Source: Fimbriosthenelais zetlandica | Taxonomy: Eukaryota | Direction of reading: 5' to 3' | Assembly (NCBI GenBank): GCA_977030845.1 | Contig: OZ365113.1 | Span: forward strand, 16,120,001 to 16,184,000 | DNA: 64,000 nt | Part shown: positions 55,901 to 64,000 of the stretch, piece by piece | Layout of the letters: each line of letters starts with the position of its first letter | Position numbering within the stretch: the first letter of the stretch is position 1 | Position numbers and translations under genes: made by a program | Notes under the pieces: model-generated | The model's input: the letters and a program-made list of their open reading frames with translations, nothing else | Database searches by the model: none | Told to the model about the DNA's origin: nothing

Positions 55901-58900
55901 GAGGTCTAACTGACATGTGCAACTGAATTCATTTTTTCTCTTGACGTCTATCGTGAACATAATTAGGAAGCGAAAGTATCGGTATTTTTCTCGGTACAAG
56001 TCAAGATTATGTTTAGCTAGCTATCCAGTTCCAGGCTGGCTAGTGTCCTTGGGGCTTAGTTCGGTCACCACTCGAGGTAAATAAGAGCTCACTTCTCAAA
56101 TACCCACCCCGGCTTTCCTGTCGGTCGGACAAGGATTAGGACTTTACCTACTCCGCTTTGACAGGCAGGAATTATGGCCAGAAGTATAGGCTCCAGAAGA
56201 GCACCTTCAGGCGCCAGGACACAGATATAGACTGCCCAGTGATAAGCACTGCTGGCACATGGAGCGTCAGTGAACCCTGCAATTTTAGTATAAATTATCT
56301 ACAATAATACTTGAATATGATACTGTTATATATGTTGAATATGATAGTGCAGTCGAGGGAAATCCGTTTTAAAGGAAATCTTCATATGAACAAAAAGATT
56401 GCACCTTTAAACACCTTTAAGGGCAAGTTAGATGCACTTACCATTGAAGGTATACGCATAATACATCACATAATCATAACTCAAGCCGATAGGCATGCCT
56501 TTCCTTTGATTCCACTCACAGAAACACCCTCTCCTCCCATTTTGACCATACCTGTCATAATACTTCCTTTATACTACTCACACTGTGAGGTGGTCGCTGA
56601 CAGCACTCTAACAATACTACTTATAACATACTATGTCATTTAGTACGTACAGAGGACACCTCTCCCCTACACATTTGCTTTGATGTTAGATGAGATTAAT
56701 TAAACCATGCCTTATTTATATACTAATATACTATTCTTCATTCTTCAAGTACATCAGAGACAGGAACACAGATCTCATGAGAGAATTCTTTAAAAAAAAA
56801 AACGACTTGAAATGCGTGATTAATATGTGACAATAGGCAGGGTAGACGTAAATATTGACCTTAGAATATCAACTTGAGTTCATCAACAAAAGTTGCATGA
56901 GGTAGCAAGAAAGTTCACAACTACTTTGTGCAGGACAGATTGGTCATTCCAGAATACAATTGCCGTAGGGTCTTGAAAGTGACTCCAACTCACAGTCAGG
57001 AAATGACTCAGCATTAGGCCTGGCGTTTGAAAGGGAGACGTCGATGCATCTCCAGTTGGGATAGAGATTCCCAGTCAGCTAACTACCTGAAACCATCCCA
57101 TCCCTCACTAGGACAGAATAATGGCTTCAGCCCAGTTAATTTAAGGCCATGCCTTCCACAAAAAGAGATTTAAGGGTGATCGAACGCCAAGAAATGGGAA
57201 GATCACTTCACGACTTTTGGCTGAGGGCTTAATCTCTCCACATTAAGACATATTGAACAATAGATTTGTTCACCTTATTTGGTTCAGTTCTTGTCAAATT
57301 TTAACTTTAAAATTATCGGCAGCATCTGTTTCTAACGTAATCCAAAAAGAGCAAATCTCTAACTCACAGGTTTCCCCTGACATGATATTGCCAATCATGC
57401 AAGGAAGTTGCTAACGCAGGTTGTCATGTCCATTTGCCAATCTTCCAATCGCAAATGTATTCTTATATAGCTATCATATTTCTTACTTCTGACAATACTA
57501 ATAATTATTACTAAAGTCAGCAGAGTAGACAGGCAGGCAAGATGGCCAGGAGACAAGATATATCATATATATAAGAATTAATTAAAAAAAAGTAATGAGA
57601 ATCATGTAACTACCTGTTGAATGGTTAGAATAACGATTATGTACAAGGTCCTCTTGAGTAATAGTGATTGCAAAACGTTCAGGATTTAGTTGTACAATAC
57701 CTATACTGATATATGGTGTATTGGATGATGTCATTCTCCAATAAATAAATATTTCTAGTTTCTCATATTCTAATTTTATGAACAAATCAGGCACTATGGA
57801 TAGATGTGCACAGTCCTGAGAGAATAGTGCTGATGATTACATTCAACCTATGGATGGATTCATTAGGATTATATTGACAGAGAGGCAGTAGATGAGGCAT
57901 TCATTGGGGCAATAACTTCCTATGATATAATGGCTTCAGATTTTAAGCTATAATCCATATAATATGCTAGCAATTATTTCTACTTCATGCATGATGCAGC
58001 CAGACTTTCATCTGTTTATAAATGACCACAATAAGTAAATCACTACCCGCAGTCAGGCTTGATGATATAAGGTCGAACTGAAGCTGTATCTTATTGATTA
58101 TAATGAGACCATAAGAAAGGCATATAGCAAGCAGCTTTGTTTGATGTTGGAATGGGGGAAGGAAGAGGCATTGGCTTATTATACGTATACGAATACACAA
58201 CCTACATTAGTCTCACTGAAGTGCATCCAATCATGCCAAATCCACATATTACACTCCAGGGAATTTCATATATATAGAAAACATGAGCCATTTATAATCC
58301 AGGCATATTTCAGCAAGGCTGATTTGAACATGCGATATTAAATTATTTTCCTCTTTAGTTAAAGTGAAAACAAAAAATTTTTTCAGAGCTGATTAAATGA
58401 AATTGATGATGGAAATTGCCTGAATATAAATATCCGTTGGACATCGTTTGATTTATAGTTATTCCTGATGAATTGCATATAATATATTATGTAGGTGCCG
58501 TACAGGATGCCACTTGGCTGCTTCCTGTCACGTTCCCCCATCTCACACTAATAAAACCGCAGGATAAGAACGCTCTTCACATTCTTTCTTCAAACCTTGA
58601 AAGCCGGTCATGGCACTGCTTCCGCCATGTGGCCATGGCTTCTTCCGCTCATGTTCACTTCAGGAACGAGCTGGTCCAAAAGCTTCAAGAAAGGGCATTC
58701 AGGTCAAAAGCCCTCGGGCACCCACTAAATCTATACCCCACCATACAGCAGCTGAAGGCTGAAGGAAGTCATCGAGTGACATGTTGCATTGACATATAAA
58801 GACATTGAGGGCATTGACATTATAAAGGCTACTCCTTTGGGTATATAGGTCTATATCTTAAGGTATACCCCTTAAATTACAGCTTCAGTTAAGAATCATT

Positions 58901-61900
58901 ACAAAGTTTGCAAGGATTATCCATACGAGCCTTGGTAATAATATTTTCCCTTATCAAGAGGACGATAGTGTTTTACAGGCAACACTCTGAGAGTATATAA
59001 TACTGTTTCACACATGCAGAGTATGGGCATCTTAAGTAGAATAGGAAGTTGTTCCACTGACTCAGGTCCTATTTCTATACTGTGAATGTTGTGGGGCCTA
59101 TACTCGTAGCTTCAAAGCTACATGTATTGCTAATAATGCATTACCAGTATACATTCCAGTATATATACAGTACAGTATAGGCCTAGGTAATATTAACACA
59201 TGCTATGTTTTATATCAGCTCTTACTTCCACTTAAGATGTATGTTTAAACATTGATTCACTATGTCGATTTAACTAGCTCCTGTTCCGAGGTATCTGCCA
59301 AAAGCAATCGACTCTCGCAGCGCGATGCGATGGCCTTCATAGTAGACTAGCTTTTCATTTCCAACCAACACATAATTCGTAAAACTAGGAGAATTAGATT
59401 CATCCACCAATTCGTGGCAATCAAGACTTCCAAAAACCTGGATACAAGGAATTGAAGCAAGATTGAGGCGGCAAATGGAGAAAAGTGATTGAATCAATTA
59501 GAATTCTTTTCTGACAATTTTCTGCAATTTAGTCTCACATCCTCCTTGACAATAAAGTGGCTGCACCCGCATGTCATTTTCTACTTCCTGTCGCCTGTCA
59601 CAGCGCTGGCATTTTCAGCATGGGGGAATTATTCATGTGGGCCTCTAGCTTCACGATGTCCGGAGTTAAAAAAAACTGGACATACTATTCGTGTCTATGG
59701 GACTATTTTGTTCTCCCCGGAGATGGAAAGTATCTGTCAGACTGGTTGTCCAATTCCAATGACCTCAAGGGAGGTAGAAGATGAGTCGCCATCTGTGGAA
59801 ACTAATAGCCCCTCGTGTAGATGGATATAGAGGAGAGCGAGAAGCCAGAGTATGAGAGACATTCTATTCTTAACACTCACCCTGGATTGGACTTCCGGCA
59901 GTCCATATCAACATAAGGTCACCATGAAAGCATTCCGTGTCCTTAGAGATCAAAAAAATACTTCAAACATTACCCATATAAGCAGGGATAATCAAGATAC
60001 CATATTTCACATGGTCTGTCATGCTTTAACCGCAGCGTATTCCCATGATATCCAAAGTCTTTAGCATAATTATTATATGCTGAACGTCCAGGGAATGTCC
60101 TTGGTGCAGACAGTATGGAAATGTCTTCCTTAGATGAAAAACATCATTTTCCTTGAGGACATACCGTATTCATTTATTCTACATTTATTGATCATTCCTT
60201 TGTTGAAGAATGGATTTCTGATCACGAAGGGACGAATATAAAGGATTGCTGCTGCATGTACACATATAAGCCTAATACAATGTACAAGTATTATATTATA
60301 AAGTTTTTGCGGACTCGCTGAATATTATGGCAAATGTCATATAGAAATAGGACGCACTGACATTCTCTCTGAATTTCAAAGAGCCAATAAGTTTTTTTTA
60401 TATTTATCCTTTCCTGTATCAAAAGCCATGTAATGTAGTATACATAGGGTAAAGTCTATGTTGGCACATGCAAGGCACTCATCACTATTTCCATATATAT
60501 AATTATAGAAAATCCCAATATCCTTCTAGTCACGAGCACCATGGACAGGGAAAATATTTGTAAATGCTGCAGAGAATAGAAGTAGAGGTCCAACCGTGGT
60601 GGGAATTAAGGTTGGTTTTGGTGCTGTATATTGATGGCAGTCACTGCCCTCTCTTATGGGCGGTATATATACCACAGTATACCAACATTACTATCTCCCC
60701 TCATTTATTTTGACCTCAGCATTAAGCAATATGCTCAGGAGCTGGAGGAAATACTTGTTGCGAAGGGGTATAAGATTTTGATCAGATTTCCTTTCTCTCG
60801 CAAGTAAATCCTTGTTCAAAGGGCCCATACACTAACGAAACTATCGAATTACCATGCATATTTAACTTTCCTATTCTCTACAAATGGATGTCCCATATCG
60901 CATATTGCAACGTATGCATATTATGCAATATACATACCACTCCTTTCCTACGTATTTAAATTGTTGAAGAGGATGTATGCTGAAGGCAAGGTTTCTTATC
61001 TAGTATGAAAATTCTTTTCATCATTGCAATGAGGATCTTAAACACGATGCAATGTATCTCATTTTCCCTCTCAAATTACCATATCAAAATACCCGGAGGG
61101 CCTCCTGAAGTAAAGCGCGTAGGAAATCATAAAACATCAGTTTATCACATTAATCTCGATGCAGCTGCATCCCAGTCATCTGCCATACTAAAGGAACCAA
61201 AGTGACCTTTGAGAAAACTTAAAAAATGATGTGAATAACATAATTAGTGCTGTGAATGTGGACATATTCATCAGGAAAAACTTCCCCAATAGAAATTCTT
61301 CTTTAGGAATTCAGGTCTCCTATAAGGAAAGTGCATTAAGATGAATACAGGCAGGAAAGAAGGTGATAGACTTTGCTTGCACCTCGTGAGGCATCTTGAC
61401 AGGTGTGCGATGTACGAGGTGATAAATGAACGATTCAGCCCCGTAAACATGTAGACGGATTCATTCCAACGATGGTAAGGTATCTTAAACAACTCCGACT
61501 ACGCTAGTGATAAAATGAAGGGAGAAGATAGCAGCCTGAAAGCGTGACTGCATCGCTTATACATGGGGGAGGATCCATCCACGACTTGAATCTCCCTGAG
61601 TCAAAGGATGTCATCCATTTAAAACTTCCTCGGCAGTGTACAGGTAGACTAAAACTATTTTAAGCCCCCTTAGAGAAAGTGCAATCTACAGGTATTAGAA
61701 ATGAAACCTGCAGTGAATACTGATACATGTATCAGGGCTATTATTTCATTGATTTCCAGTGTTGGGGTATAGGGTTGTTTTTACAGAGCCTCTGAGCATA
61801 TAGGCCCCTCATCTTGAAATGATGTTTGCACACAGAAATATGTCCATGGGGATGACGCAAAGTTGCAAAATTGGATTCACTTGAGTATGGGTTTGAAATC

Positions 61901-64000
61901 ACCACAGAGAAAATACATGAATGTACCGGTATATATGGAAGCTGCTGCAACATTTTCTATTTCTCTTTGGCACAATGCCAAGAATAAAGACGTTCCAGAG
62001 CAAATTTTAAGTCAGTTCTGAACACGACAAGACAGGCAGCGATGTCATCCATTTACCTCTTTTCAGTGGCCAATAAAGTAGGGCCAATTTAGTCCTTCTT
62101 CCGACGGATGACGCATGAAAGAAAGTAAAAGGGTGCATGTATAAGCCTGTATCATGAAAAACGTCTCTTGAATAAGACAGTAATGCAGAGACACAGAATT
62201 AATAAAGTGGTACATCACCCATCTCGCTCACTGATACAAAATCCAGTCAACAGCTGAGTGAGAAAAACATAGGCAATTAATCACACCCTAGGCTGTGTAT
62301 GAGCAGTGTGAAACTAGCCATCCTGCTCCCAACACTGAATATCGAATTGTCTTTCGTGATCATCTCTCTCCCAGGACTGTATCTTTACTTTCAATCTTTC
62401 CGTCAATAAATGAAAATAGCCTTAAAAGGGTACAAGCTTTTTCGAGATTCCATTGAAAATAAATAAAACTTATACCTATTGCAAGACAAATAAACCATTA
62501 TAAAATACTAAATATTTACTGGTCGGACCAAATTTGACAGAAAAGTGTGTCAACAAAACGTGACGTCATCGCTTTATACGAAAAATTATTAAAAATGCCC
62601 AAAATATGTATCAATGAGTGAGAAAAAGAGAAAGAAGGAAGCAATTGTCTCAGGGCCTAGACTAGCAAGGAAATGCATTTTGAGACAAACTTTGCACATG
62701 AGTACAGTTACGTTCATTTTCAGTGTAATCTGTAAAGATCCCATGTCCCTTTAAATTTTGGTATCAACCCAAGAGAATGATGGCTGGTAATTTGTGTTTC
62801 ACCTTTCGGGCCACCCATTTCTACATCCTTACTAGAGGTTTTCGTCATCCTATCTATATGTGGGCCTTTTCTTCCCTTATCTGCAATACTCAGCAACTGA
62901 CCCGAGATGCAGAGAAGCAGAAATCACCTTAGGAGTCTCCTACATCCTATCAACCCACGTACTCTTTGTGGTCCATGTTTGACTATATGAAATGTTGGCA
63001 CCAATGTCCGTGGAATGAATGTATCATACAATCCCCATATACTTGCATGAGTCATAAAGAAGCAGGAGTATGCCCTGACATCTTTCCATTCCTCTGGAAA
63101 TCTTCACAAGCTGATGGAAAAGAACCTTTGTACTTGTGAACAAATCATGAAGGGACATCTTTTGCTCGACAGATTCTCGAAAAGTAATTTGTTATGCCAA
63201 TGAACTGTCAGGATCCTCTCAGGGCTACATTAAACACTAGTCTTGGGCATGTCACTCATTCAAGTATCATCTAATCAAGGTCTGAAGTCTGAGGGACATA
63301 GAAGCCTTTAATATAACTGCCTAGTATTTAAAACTACCTTCTTGCATCTAAAAACATTCTCCAGCTAATGCGAGCTAAATCATTAAGTTATAAGGCAAAG
63401 CTATGCCTCGACGAATATTACACCTCCCAAGGCAGCATGCACCTTGATGGATTATTGGATTTTAAAATAAACCCACTTTAATCCGAGTTGAATATTCATA
63501 ATGTAGCCCTAGAGCCCTTAAAAGACGAGAATTTCATTGAATGGCATTCATGCAGTATAATTTTACAACTAATGGAATATTAATTCAGAATAGATTCAGG
63601 TCAGTAATAGCAAATGTGCCCTTCAAGAATGCATGAGGTTATAAAACCATTCAACTCAGTTACACACAATTGCTGTGTGTAGTTTGCCATCCAAAGATCG
63701 AGACAAATCACCCATTTTAGAGCAGATGAAGTTCTCATTATGGAATGTTCACCGAGGTGAAAAAGAAGCATCCACACCGAGACTTTGATTTGTGGGGAGA
63801 GAATTGGACCCACACTCTGTATTTCAGTATATGTTCTCACTGTCACTTATAATACGTACATATGACACTTTCACCACTCCACACCAATATCTGTCAGGTA
63901 CCCAACTGACATTAGTCATTCGGTAAGTGAGGATGTGCGCTTTCACTTCATAAACTAAGACATATATCATGTTTGTCCGATAGATCTTCTTGTCTAGTCT

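Overview
AT-rich eukaryotic (invertebrate-animal-like) genomic DNA. The first ~19.5 kb holds three well-supported genes. (1) A minus-strand IQCA1/DRC11-like gene (IQ + AAA dynein-regulatory-complex protein): 12 coding exons traced from the ATG at 12127 down to 1125, with the AAA-encoding 3' part outside the window. (2) A complete 10-exon plus-strand MAPKAPK2-like kinase gene (12410-17385, 354 aa), head-to-head with IQCA1 across only 282 bp. (3) A minus-strand tRNA-Gly(CCC) at 19255-19325. From ~19.5 kb to 64 kb I could not assemble any intact gene; I see only decayed coding remnants (transposase-, PHD-, NACHT-, protease-like, all low confidence and assigned by eye), hairpins and simple repeats. 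I found no convincing novel multi-gene system. The best leads are the compact bidirectional promoter, an in-frame candidate cassette exon in IQCA1 that the ORF track misses, and an 85-codon open frame lying antisense across the tRNA.
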